A stretch of DNA of 63,996 bases, counting the filler, from Parasitella parasitica NRRL 2501 (taxonomy: Eukaryota; Fungi; Mucoromycota): NCBI GenBank assembly GCA_025201805.1. It is 13 parts of 12 records of this genome, joined end to end, with 100 filler letters (N's around TTAATTAATTAA, not from the genome) between each part and the next. Parts side by side here need not be neighbours in the genome. Positions count along the whole stretch, not along the records: positions 25,997 to 42,910 come from MU619357.1; positions 43,011 to 45,708 come from MU619241.1; positions 45,809 to 47,667 come from MU619596.1; positions 47,768 to 53,037 come from MU619446.1; 9 more parts are not named here. The stretch is one strand, 5' to 3'. The position numbers and the translations under genes were made by a program. The notes beneath the pieces were generated by a model. That model was not told the DNA's origin. It made no database searches and saw only the letters and a list, made by a program, of their open reading frames with translations. Of this stretch, positions 36,480 through 48,779 are shown one piece after another; position 1 is the first letter of the stretch; every line of letters begins with the position of its first letter.

Positions 36480-38332
36480 ATTTCAACCAAAAATGAAGCT
36501 ATACAAAAATGGTTTCTGAGTCCGTATCATGCTTTGCTCTTCAATCGAAAATAGGTGTTGCAGATTGAATCTCAGCACTATGTTTCCATTTGACCCAAAC
36601 CAGTTTCGAGCTTTTTTCGCATAGTTCATTGCTAAATATCTCATAAACGCAATAGGTATATCAGATACGGGTTCTAAGTGTTTTATGCCACAAAATAAAT
36701 TCTGCATCAAACCATATACATCACAAGGGTATACAAACACCTTTTCTTATTACCGATTTTCAAATATTCAAAAAACGCCCTTTTTGATAGATTTGGAGTA
36801 AAATCAAGCATATTTTGAGCACATGCAGCTCTATAAAGTCGACCAAATAAACCACCATGTCAATACTTGCACATCAATACCTTGTTCACAACTGTAGCTC
36901 TATTATATCTGCCAAAAATCACAATCTTGTCTCGACCAAATTAAATCTACGATTTTCCAGCCCTATACTTGGAGGGCCAAAATGAAGCCATTCAAAAGGG
37001 TAAAAATCAATTCCGTTTTTCGAGATTTTCTCGCTCAAAAATTGGTATTTTTTGAGCAAACAAAAACCTTTCGGTAGCTATTTTGTAAGTCTATTTTTGT
37101 ATTGCTATATTATGTATCTTTATATATCAGTTATTGCTCTGAAAGTTATGAAAATAAATCAAGCCTCTGCTAAAAACATATGAAAAAATATTTTTTTCTA
37201 TATATCTATCTAAAGAATAATACATCTAGTAGAGAATTAGGTTTCAAAAAGATTTTAATACTTGCTCAAGCCCAAGTGTCATAGTGGGTTTTTGAGAAAC
37301 AGGCGGACAAAGTTTAACGTAAAAAGACAAAATTGGCCCAAGCTTGTCGAATTCGAGATCACATACGACATGTTTTATACCAGTGCGTGTACCATAATGT
37401 GCTTTATTACTTTACTTAGGAACTTGAACTTGGTTTAGTTGCAAAATATGGTACTTATTATAGGAACCTATGCTGTAAAATTTGGAAAATCTGCAAAATA
37501 TGGTTTTGGGAATATCTCGACAGTAAAAATAGATATCCAGAATCGGAAGACGTAGTGAGGTACAGTTATCATACTAGTATTAACCTTTGTTCTTAGTTTG
37601 AACCTCAAACTCGTACCTAAAATTGACCCTGAAGGTTGACCCAAAGTTGAAAACTGAAAATCGAATATGAGGTTTGGGGTCCAAACATAGCAAAATCTAA
37701 AAAACGGCCAGAGGTGCATAAAACTCGGATATGTTGTAAAATGCTGCAAAAAAAGATGAATTTAGCTGGAGGTTGCGTCTCTATCGCATAATAGTTTGTA
37801 AAGATATCAGAGATTGTAGATTATGCTTTTAAGCGGGGGAAAAGGTGATGGTCATGATTAGGTTGATCTGCCATAATGTAGGTTAGGAGATCATGATAGT
37901 GTACTTCAATTAAAGATTGGAGATTGTCCAATGATGTGTTGTTNNNNNNNNNNNNNNNNNNNNNNNNNNNNNNNNNNNNNNNNNNNNNNNNNNNNNNNNN
38001 NNNNNNNNNNNNNNNNNNNNNNNNNNNNNNNNNNNNNNNNNNNNNNNNNNNNNNNNNNNNNNNNNNNNNNNNNNNNNNNNNNNNNNNNNNNNNNNNNNNN
38101 NNNNNNNNNNNNNNNNNNNNNNNNNNNNNNNNNNNNNNNNNNNNNNNNNNNNNNNNNNNNNNNTTGAATCTTTAATAAAGTAATCTCAAGTTTTCGTATC
38201 TCGTTAATTCAACGTTTTATATTATACTTTTCTTATTTCGATCTTGCAGGTCTCAACATAGGTGGCATTTATTTTAACCTAAACATAAAGCTACATAAAA
38301 TTAGCTTTTGAGGTCATACTTTACAGCATCTT
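36480..38332 (+). repeat. Long (~1.4 kb excluding the LTR insert) non-coding repeat, copy A
   Basis: Homologous to 41810-42910 (-), 51038-52650 (+), 62350-62880 (-) and, more degenerately, 50520-50905 (+). Confidence 0.85.
37864..38258 (+). mobile_element. Solo LTR (family B1) with 5-bp TSD TAGGT
   Basis: TG..CA ends; TAGGT at 37859-37863 and 38259-38263; empty site GATTAGGTGGCATTT in the paralogous repeat at ~52391. Confidence 0.9.
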
Positions 38333-40489
38333 TGATGAGATCTGCAAGATCGAAATAAGACTTGTTCAATAATATAGACTCGTCGATAGCTACCAACTTC
38401 AATTCAGAAGGCAGATTGCAATAAAATTGGGATCAATTTTATGTGAAAATAAAAAAAAAGTAAAAAAATAAAGCCAGAGAAATACAATTATAGTCTTTCC
38501 ACCTTTATTTTTGATTAAAAGAAAAAACTGAAGAAAACATACATGCTCTTTAAGAGAGCTTGTATTTATTATACTTGTAAAATTGCCTCACTACAGTGAG
38601 AATGCTTATTTTCCATCTTATTTGAAGAATGACTTTTGTTGACATTCTCTCACTTATATTGTAGTTGAGATTTCGATATGTTGGTATTGAAATTGATACT
38701 ATGGTTTTGGGCAGGATTGTAATATTTGAGGATCCTGATTATTTCTAATGCCACTGAACTTTCCTTATTGTGTAATAAACAAGCCATTTCTGGCATCTAG
38801 AATTATTGCAATTGCTGAAACAATTGCATTGTTTATAATACATGTTTGGAATTTGTTTATTTGTGATTATGAGCAGCGTTGTTCAACATTAGCATGTGCC
38901 AGGGTTGTAGGAGATTGTACTTTGATCAGGAGTGCAAGCTTCTACCAACACTTGTTAATGTTTACTTGTGCTTTTCATGTATTTCTTTCTTGGATGGATC
39001 AGCCATGATCCATCTGGATTTTATTTAAATGTAATTGTGGTGCCATATGATAGGTGCCATTTTATTACACAAGCAATGGCATAAAGTGGGAAGATTATGT
39101 GCAGTATTTTCTAGTTTTGTTTATTATTTTTTTAAAAAATCGCGATTAATTTGGCTAAGTCAACACCAAAATCCTAAAAACAAAAAAACAGGGTTTCCCC
39201 CTGTTTTGTTGTTAGCGGGGCTTGAAATTCGACCAAAAATAGAAATTGGTAGAATTTCAATGAATACCCCACCCTAAATAGCCGGAAAATGCCTTACCAC
39301 ACTTCACAGCTTCGGATAAAATGGCCCATCTCAAGAACTGCTAGAGTAAGCACAGCCGATGAGTAGAAACAGCCTACATGCTCCTGTATGACCCGGATAA
39401 AGAACTAATGTCAAGTTTCAATGATAGGCCATCCACTTGACATGAAGATAGAACCAAACCTAATAATGTAGAACAAAAATGATTTTTCAGTTAGTAAAAA
39501 AGCTCTTACAGAAACATAATAAAAAATGGTAATACCTGAATGAACTACTGCACTAGAAACATGCCATCCTGCATATTGTTTTCTCGTGATAGGGTCTATA
39601 AAAAATGCGTATGAGAATGTAAGTTAGTGTCCTTTAGAAAACGTGGGGAATATTCGACTTTACCCACAATCAAAGAGGTTTAACGTATATAATACCAGCA
39701 ATAATGAACACAAAGTGCATGCGTTTGCATCGTAGATAATCAAAGATAGGGGTATATAGTAGTAAAACAATAGCGTAGTAGTAGAAATAGAGAAGCAGCA
39801 AAAAAAGAGGTGGGGGTTGCCAATTTTTTAATACGCCTAATAGTGACCGTATTTTTGCGTAGACAGTAAATGCATGCATTACAGTAAACAATATAGTCAT
39901 AAAACTAAGGGTAAAACTATAATCTGGTGCACCAAAGCTAAATGACAAGATAGACTTAATGTTGTTGAATACATTACTTTTCACGTTTTGAAAATTGGTT
40001 GCTTGGATGAAAAGTTATTTCAATCTAAAGTCTTAGTGAAAGGAGGAGAAAATGGGAAAAATAGTTATTTCAGTTCTCATAGTTCTTTTGTAGACTTTTA
40101 GTTATGACAGCCAAGTTTGAATGCATTGTAGCATTCAAATGGTGTATTTTAGTTGACATGTGGATTGTTTCTCTTGTCTCTATAATACTGCTTAATACAA
40201 ACAAGGGAAATTGAGAAATCTGCGACATACAGCAATATTAATTTAAAATATTACGGTTTTAAGATACGTTGTGCTTTTCATTGGTAATGTATTCAAATTA
40301 TAGAGGTTCTGATCTATCGTTTAGTGTTGATTTCTGAAAAGAGAGATGATTCCATGCTGATATGGCATGGTACAGAGTTATCATCTATACCTTCAAAGCC
40401 TTTGACTGAAAACGCAGCTGCATTTAAAAAAGCAAGCGCATTTTTTGTTCTAAATCGTTCAGTTTGTCAAAAAAAATATTTTGTCAGTG

Positions 40490-41407
40490 ATTACAAATGC
40501 TTTACAAAGGTGCTGAACCAACGGATGATGATGATGGTCTCTCCCATAACAAACTAACTAATTCGAATCAAATTGGCTTTATACCAGCAGGCAAATATTA
40601 TATTGCAGAAAATGGTTTACGCTGTCAAATCATTATGGAGAATGCAGAGCGCCGATGGACCATTGCTGAACAGAGTGACTCTATGGCCTCCCTTGACAAA
40701 GATATAGGTCTCCTCCTCGATCAAAAGAAGGCCTATGACCGGGTCAACCTGGCATACTTCCGAGCTGTCCACAACCGTTTTGGATTTCCTCCTTTAGTAT
40801 CGTCCAATGTCTCTACTGTACAATCTCACGGCCTTGAACCGCATCCGTATAAATATCAATAAATATTGTACAGAAGAAGTACGAAAGCTGCATTTTTTTA
40901 AGCAAGGAGACCCTATTTCATGCATCTGCTACGATTTGGCGTTTGAACCCCTTTTACAAAGTATCCTTCAAGACCCTGATTTCTACGGATACCACAATTG
41001 CAATCGCAACATACATCATTCGCTCCTGCTTCAATCACCACCAAAATTCTCTGTTATGAAGATGATGCTCTAGTATTTGTGCGCCATCGAAAAGATCTAC
41101 GTCTTCTGAAGTATTACATGGACCTGTTTTGTCGAGCCTCAAATACTCGATTCAATTACAACAAGGTCGATGCCTTCTCCATCTCTGGTCGAGATACTGG
41201 CCGGTTCTGGAACTGACAACTGCAGTAAATGCGCATCCAGCATCTGCATACCGCCCACGGTCCTGAACCCCTGATATACCTTGGTTTTCCACTTATACAA
41301 AGCACACAACAAAGAAGTAACTTTGGCGCTACCTTTATCCGGAAGCTAAAACCGGGTCTTCAAATGCATTATGGTAGGTCTTTGTCAGTAGTCGGTAAGG
41401 CCACCGT
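40490..41407 (+). pseudogene. Frameshifted L1-like reverse transcriptase fragment
   Basis: QIGFIP, LLLDQKKAYDRV, KQGDPIS, KILCYEDD and LIYLGFPL spread over several frames; cut by an LTR at 41408. Confidence 0.85.
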
Positions 41408-41800
41408 TGATCTGCCATAATTATAGACAGGAGATCATGGCAATGTACTTCAATTGAAGATTGAAGATTGTCCAATGATGTGATGTGATACGCTTGTGTA
41501 AATTGGAGAATAAAGTCTCTGTTTCAAATCAAGAAGGTTATTCCTGTAAGTAACACAGATCTGAGCACCAGGATAAAGGTTAAAACACTGTCAGATCAAA
41601 GATGTGTAGCCCTTGTTGTATAACCTCATATCGTACCCTTTCAAGTAGATTGTCACTGTGAATTAGTCTTGTCAATTAGTAATCTAAATAAGTCACCATA
41701 AATTTATTATGTAGCTGTAAAAAGTACAAATAGCAGATGCAATTTCGATCTTAAATGAAGTATTTTCAAGTTTTCGTATCTCTTTAACCTTTGGTTTTGA
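41408..41800 (+). mobile_element. LTR (family B2), 3' end eroded
   Basis: Begins TGATCTGCCATAATTATAG; near-identical to 53792-54203 (-) and 57384-57723 (-). Confidence 0.85.
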
Positions 41801-41809
41801 TTATCTATT

Positions 41810-42910
41810 TTTGATCCAACAATTAATTTCTTGAGACACCATGCAATGAAAATTTAGGATGTGCGCAAGTTGCAATGGCAACATAGTACTGAGCTTGAAT
41901 TTGCCACTACTGCAAATATAGGCCTTTAGCAGTGAAGCACTTATTTCAATTGAGGAGCAAAACATGAACTCTATATGCAATCTGGCTATGCCTTGATATT
42001 GATTAAAAGCCAAAATGTTGTAAAATATGACTGTAAAAGCTATTTTCACGAACCTTCATTTTTTTGGTAAAATAAATGACACTTTATCGTAAATATCATC
42101 TATCTCCCCGCTTAAAGGCCTATAATAATGTAATCTATGATATCTTTACAAACTATTAAGTGATAGAGACACAAACTTCAACCAAAATCTTCTTTTTTTG
42201 CACCATTCTACAGCCCATCAGAATTTCATCCACCTCTGACCATTTTTCAGATTTTACTATGTTTGGACCCCAAACCTCATATTATTCGATTTTCAGTTTT
42301 CAACTTTGGGTCAACCTTCAGGGTCATTTTTAGGTACGGATTTGGGGCCCAAGCCAAGTATACATCTAAGTACTGCTGTGATAACTGTACCTCACTACGT
42401 CTTCCGAATCTCGATATCTATCTTTGCTGTCGAGAAATTCCCAAAACCAGATTTTGCAGATTTTCGAAATTTTACAGCATATGGTCCTATAAGAAGTACA
42501 AAATTGCGCAATTTAATTATGTTCAAGTTCCCAAGTAAAGTAATAAAGCACGTTCTGACACACCTATTGGTGATAAACATGTTGTATTCAAGCTCGCATT
42601 TGACAAGCTTGGGCCAACTTTGTCTTTTTACGTTAAACTTTGTCCGCCTGTTTCTCAAAAAGCTAGTATGACACTTTGACTTGAGTGATTATTAAAATCT
42701 ATTTGAGACTTAATTATCTACTAGACGTATTAGGTTTTAGATAGATATGTCGAAAAAAATATTTTTCCGGATGTTTTTAGCAGAGGCTTCATTTATTTTC
42801 ACAATTTTCAGAGCAATGAATAGTATTTAAAGATACATGATATAGCAATATACAAATAGAGCTACAACACAGCTACAAAATGGGTTTTGTTTGGTCAAAA
42901 AATACCAATT
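41810..42910 (-). repeat. Long non-coding repeat, copy B (inverted relative to copy A)
   Basis: Reverse-complement homology to ~37040-38330 and ~51580-52650. Confidence 0.85.
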
Positions 42911-43047
42911 NNNNNNNNNNNNNNNNNNNNNNNNNNNNNNNNNNNNNNNNNNNNTTAATTAATTAANNNNNNNNNNNNNNNNNNNNNNNNNNNNNNNNNN
43001 NNNNNNNNNNATTGGACATTTCGAAAATGTAATTACACACTTTTCGC

Positions 43048-43365
43048 ATGGTAGAATCACAACAGCAACAGCAACAATCTTCTAGCGATTCCAACAACAG
43101 GAGGCCCATGTTATGGACGCATGTTGTCAAATCTCGAAAAAAAGGCAAAAATCAAAAGGAACAGATTGTTTCTTTCAACCCAACCTTGATAACGAGACCA
43201 GTAACTGAGGCAGAGTCGACTCAGAATGCACTCAACGGCGCTACACCTCCTGCTCCCATGGCCGTTATACGTCCGTTCATTAAAGGAATGGAACAGGATT
43301 CTATATTGATTGACCTCACGACTATCAAAGATAGATCGCTATTGAACAAAGAACTCCAACTATTG
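43048..43365 (+). pseudogene. Possible LINE ORF1 5' fragment
   Basis: MVESQQQ..LWTHVVKSRKK..SILIDLT reads like a LINE ORF1 N-terminus; abrupt junction into Helitron sequence. Confidence 0.35.
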
Positions 43366-43756
43366 CTTCCTGTGAGCGCATCGGTACTTGGAAAAGCATC
43401 AGCCAGACGGGCAATTATATCTGATGGGTTGGTAGAGATAGCAAGCATATCACCAACCATATCGTGTTGCTCTGCCTCCGGCAGAAAAGCAAAAAAAATC
43501 CAATAAGAAGCCTGTAGTATTGACAAATGAGTAACAGAAAAAAGAAAGTATGGGATCTCCGATAATTTTATAGGGAAAGAACAGAGACCTTTCTCTAAAA
43601 AGGACTGGATCAGTACAAATCTTCTTCGCTTAATTTGTGAATGAGTAGAATGTGTTCTTATGATCGAATTCAACTACAACGTAAACTTAAGTAGTTGCAC
43701 CATAATGTGTTTATGTTCAGCAGATAGCCATATAAGTTCACATCTCTTATATTAAA

Positions 43757-44830
43757 ATGATACAAATCGTCGACATGGAACCCGAATTGCCAAATGTTCA
43801 GAATCGTCAAAATACCCAGGTTCGATGCGCAGCATGTCAACAGCTTGGACATTCACGCAGGACAAACCGCCTTTGTCCATTGAATGCTACCAGACAAACG
43901 GAGCAGAGCCTTTTCAAAATTGCCATGCAGACTGCTCATCTTCCTGAGCGACATGATTTAGGTGGAATGTCTACTAGATGCCCTTCTTGCAATGCATTGA
44001 TGTGGGTTTACGAGCGTTCTGAGGGAGGAGTTTCGACCGCCAGATTCCAATTATGCTGCGGTTCAGGCCGATATGTTTCTCCACCTTTAAAAGCTTCTAT
44101 ACTACGAGTCATTGCTGATTTGGTCCAAAACAACAATCTTAGAAGCGTAGAGTTCAAGAAAAATGTGCGCTCTCATAACAATGCACTATGCTTTACGTCA
44201 ATGGGGGATAACTTGGATAGCAGTGTTCAAAATTCACGTAGTGGTGCTTACGCATTCAGAATCATCCATGGAAGCATTTACCATAGAATTGGGTCCTTAC
44301 TTCCAACTGAGAATAGTTCGCCTGCATTTGCTTAGATTTATGTTTATGATGCCAGCAATGATACCAGCAACAGACATTTAGTAGCCAGCCATGTAGACGC
44401 TCAGACTTTAAAGGAGCTACAACGCTTAATGTATTAAATCAATTCAATCGCGCGAGACTTCAAGACAATGGCCCAATTTATAGGAACAGTTTCGTCTAAA
44501 CTTTATTCGTCACAAGCGATCTAGCCTTCGCTCTGAGCTCTATTGTGGTTTACAACAAGACGCAATTGCACATGATGAAACGGACACCGACTCTCTTGGT
44601 CTTAAGGTAATACTTCCTAGTCCCTTCATTGGAGAACCAAGACATATGGCTCAATTTTATGAAGACTTAATGAATACTCTAAGACGGCTTGGCATGCCTG
44701 AATACTTTATAGCATTCACCTGCAACCCTAAATGGCCAGAAATACAAAATGAGCTTTTGTTTGGATAAACTGCTATTGACCGACCAGATCTTTGCTCAAA
44801 ATTATTTCGACTGAAATTCAAACAACTACA
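43757..44830 (+). pseudogene. Helitron RepHel fragment with internal deletion and stops
   Basis: CAACQQLGHSRRTNRLCP, RCPSCNALMW..CCGSG, NNALCFTSMG, HGSIYHRIGSLLP, then VILPSPFIGEPRHM..FTCNPKWPEI..DRPDL. Confidence 0.9.
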
Positions 44831-45277
44831 TATATCATATCTTTATGCAAAACATAAATGTTATTTCCACTCATTGTATTTTATTTCGTTTCATTTAGCA
44901 TTGTATTATGTGGGACAGTCCGCTGCAGGCGCGAGATGTGCACCCCCCCCCCAATAAGAACGAAGGTCGAAAAATATCACCGTAGTTCGTGGGTGTAAAA
45001 TAGCTCGTAATCATAAAAAATACTGAAGCAATAGATGAGGCGGTAGTAAAGCATGTGCCTTCCTTTTTTTCTTTCTTGGTGTTCATGTTTATTATTGGAA
45101 CGGTTCGAAGTGTTTTAGATCACTGAAGAAAGCTTGAATGTTCTTTCAGTCTCAAACACACAATAACACGGTGCATCCACTTGACGATAATTCAGCTGCA
45201 TGCTTTGCAACTAATAGAGATTTCAAACTGATATTTATAAGTGCTGTTTCCACAATTATCTGATATCGCGCACTGTA

Positions 45278-45708
45278 CACTATTTCCGGAAATTATTGGT
45301 ACACTAGCCAAAACATTCAAGTCCACTTTTCCTTTTAATAAATAAGACTTATCTGACCCCATTAAGCCGAGGACATGCCCGAGGACTCCTGCTTAAAAGT
45401 GTCCCGATGACAATAAATAACTCCTACAAATAAGGCTATTTAATTGGCCATGATCCATCTTTACTGTCCTGAGTGTGTTTGTTGTGAGTGTTTGTTTAAT
45501 TTTTGGCATTTTGTGATTCAAAGTATACATTTCACATTCAAGCTATTAGATATAAGACAAACCTTTGAGTAAGACATCCTTGGCACATTTTTTTTACTGT
45601 AATACGCCGGTTTTGACTTAAAAACATACTCAAGTTCCATCTTCGAATATAAATACTGCTGAATTACACATACAAGTTTAAATATATAGTACCTAAAATT
45701 TTAATTAT
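45278..45708 (+). mobile_element. End of a Tc1/mariner-like element (TA|CACTATTTCCGGAAA terminus)
   Basis: Same TA-preceded 15-bp terminus as at 58636. Confidence 0.5.
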
Positions 45709-45808
45709 NNNNNNNNNNNNNNNNNNNNNNNNNNNNNNNNNNNNNNNNNNNNTTAATTAATTAANNNNNNNNNNNNNNNNNNNNNNNNNNNNNNNNNNNN
45801 NNNNNNNN

Positions 45809-46199
45809 GAGGTTTTTCAACGAAATCAAAAGCATCATCTGTATGTTTCTTCGAAAGTATCACCTCTTTCAAAATTTCAGCGATTTTTAAGATATCACTG
45901 TTGTTGCCTGCTTCACCAGCAGATGAAGATTCACCTTTGTTCATTTTGTTGTTGTTGTTGAGTGATCCTGGTCCAAAAAATTTACGTGCCAATTCACTTG
46001 CTAACGTGTGCCAATTTTCTTCTCTTTTTATTGTTGATGTCAATTTTTCTTCCTTAGTAAATTGACCACTTTTTGTCCTTCTTAATTTTCTGTTATAATA
46101 GTCTATATCGTCTTGATATTTAAGTTGTTTGATGACCCTTTCTTCAATTTCAAATTGGTTTTTTAACTTGTTGAGGTCTTCTTCAGTTATATTTGACAT
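45809..46199 (-). CDS. Probable gag N-terminus of an LTR retrotransposon (partial)
   Basis: ORF begins ~45 nt after an LTR end (..CACGACA) and a PBS TGGTAGCA. Confidence 0.65.
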
Positions 46200-46244
46200 C
46201 CACCAATCACTTGAATAAAATAAAAAACGATCAATTGGTTCAGA

Positions 46245-46480
46245 TGCTACCAAATGTCGTGTGCAGAGATGTGTTAGTTTTGTGCTGCTTTATTAAGTGT
46301 ATATAAAATATGAGTAAGAGATGAAAGATGGATCTTTATTCTTTTGTATTCAATTGATATTTATAATAACTAAAAGTGTTACACACAAAGTCTGTGTGTA
46401 CCTGACAATAATGTCAGGTTCACACTGACCTTGTGTGTAACCTTTTAGTCAACATAAATATCTATTGACGTATTGTCGTA
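46245..46480 (-). mobile_element. 5' LTR plus primer-binding site (TGGTAGCA, initiator tRNA-Met-type)
   Basis: Minus strand reads ..GCACACGACA-TT-TGGTAGCATC; distal LTR boundary approximate. Confidence 0.65.
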
Positions 46481-48319
46481 CATTAGTTTTGACACTCAAC
46501 TCAAAACAATATAAATAGTAGATCTTATGTCAAATTGAATAAACTTCATCTTTTAACTGATACATATATTTGCCTTATTGAATTTACAATCATCACGACA
46601 GTATAAAAGAATAAAGGGCATCTTTTTATCTCTTAATTATCTTATACTTATATCTTATAATAATCCCATCTCTGCTCACGACATGTAACACTTTTAGTTA
46701 TTTGTCGTACATTAGTTTTGACACTCAACTTCAAAACAGTATAGATAGTAGTGTTGTGCCAGGTCTTGAAAATGAGCACAGCAGGTGATTGTATGTGATG
46801 TAAAAATATAAGAATGTAATAAAGCCTTCGAGTTACCAGATACAAAACTATTGATTTATTGATTGACAAGAAGCTGTCTATTTATATTAGAATAAATCTA
46901 TCTAAATCAATCTATAAAATACAATCAGTTCATGTTTGACATTTGATTGTCAAACAAGATTATAACACAGTAGTAGTCAGAGCAAGACCTATTTCTATAT
47001 TTAATCAGCTAAACGTTATGAATGTGAATCATTCATCGATAAGTTGAGCTTCGCAATTTAGAATAAGTAGAACCCAAATAGATGTTTTCTTATACAAGAC
47101 ATTCTATTGAATACTTCTATTTACTAGATAGAATAATCGATGCCATTTAACCTTAGATCCGATTAGAAACGGTTGCCATGACAACTGAGTTGAAATAGTG
47201 GTATCCATGGTATTCTATGGATACAACAAGTAGATCATGCGATAAAAAAATATAATGATAAAAAAAGCGGAAAGGATATACAATTATAACTCTTCGATAT
47301 TTATTCAAAGTTAAAAATGTAAGCCAAGATCTGTCATGAATCAACTAACGTCAGTAATAACCATGGGAAAAACATCATGCATGCGCAGTTCTGAAACATA
47401 TAAACAAACATCATCTGAATCAACATCATGCATGCACAGTCTTGAAACATACAAACGAATGCCTGAAACACTCACATGATACAACCATGCATAACAAAGG
47501 CCAATTCATGTACCCACGCCCACCTGCATGCATAATCAGCAACATCAGCTGCACTCTATCAGATAAATCAGATGTTAATACGTTTCATGTATTAATAGTC
47601 TTGCACTTTTCTTTCTTATAAATACCTGCCACTTGGACACATCTTTCATTCTCTCCTCATCAGTTATNNNNNNNNNNNNNNNNNNNNNNNNNNNNNNNNN
47701 NNNNNNNNNNNTTAATTAATTAANNNNNNNNNNNNNNNNNNNNNNNNNNNNNNNNNNNNNNNNNNNNGTATTGCACATCTTATTATCTGTGCGCATATGT
47801 AGTTTATATCAATTTAAGGTAACTGGATGAATCTAGAAGTGGCATGCAGATCATCATGGTGAATGTATTTCACAAGGTATAGTTACCAGCTATGCCTCCA
47901 AAATCTTTGATTGAGCACGCAGCTGAATTTAAAAAAGCAAGCGTATTTTTTGTTGTAAATCGTTCAGTTTGCCAAAAAAAATCATTTTGTAAGCTTTTTG
48001 ATTGCATATTTGATGCCAAATTTACCACAAAGTCTGCAAGCATGATACTGTTTTAATATACGAAATAGATATACAATTAAAACTGGATACATTTATTCGT
48101 ATATAAAAAATAAGATAATTCTTCTATACACAACATTTGCCTAGACTATTTATACTTTTCGAGTGCTGACATCGGTTACATGCTTGTGGAATCGAGGCTT
48201 AATAAAATTGCACTAGATAGAACCAATTACTAGCCATGTTGATGTATTCGCACTGCTACATCTGCACTATATCAATTCCTACAAGTACTACGCTTGCTGA
48301 TTTACTGCAAATATATTAT

Positions 48320-48779
48320 ATGTGTTGTATCCATATAAAGGCTACATATGTCATATCTAACTTAGTCATAATGCACGGATCATGATATTAATTGTTGGTA
48401 ATTCTTTTACAAATAAGGAATAAGCTACAAGTTGTAATTGGACCTCTTGCAAGGTTCCAGGCTTATTCAAAGAATACATCTAGATCAGATCGCGGGATGT
48501 CGGGAAGACATTCTACCCAATCTTCTCTTTAATGTAAAATAGAAAGATAGGTCTGTCCTGGAAATGCTGTGATTTAATAAGGTTTGACACTTCTTGTCAA
48601 ACATCAGATGTTATGTGGATAAACATTGATTGGGATATATTTTAGTATAAATAGAGATCATATCTTATGTCAATAAAAGTCTTCAGTTTTGTATCTGGTT
48701 TTATTCAGAAAGTCTTTATTACTTTATACAAATCTTATTTACATAACATTACGCTGCGCCCTTTGACACTGGCACAACA
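48320..48779 (+). repeat. LTR-like repeat (family C)
   Basis: Near-identical inverted copy at 61878-62240; ends GGCACAACA; related terminus TGTTGTGCCAG at 46752. Confidence 0.75.

Noticed and set aside
37468-37749. Recurrent ORFs in the long repeat (MQHFTTYPSF.., also 42263, 51971, 62686)
   Set aside because: Frames and stops are not conserved among copies; no domain similarity recognised
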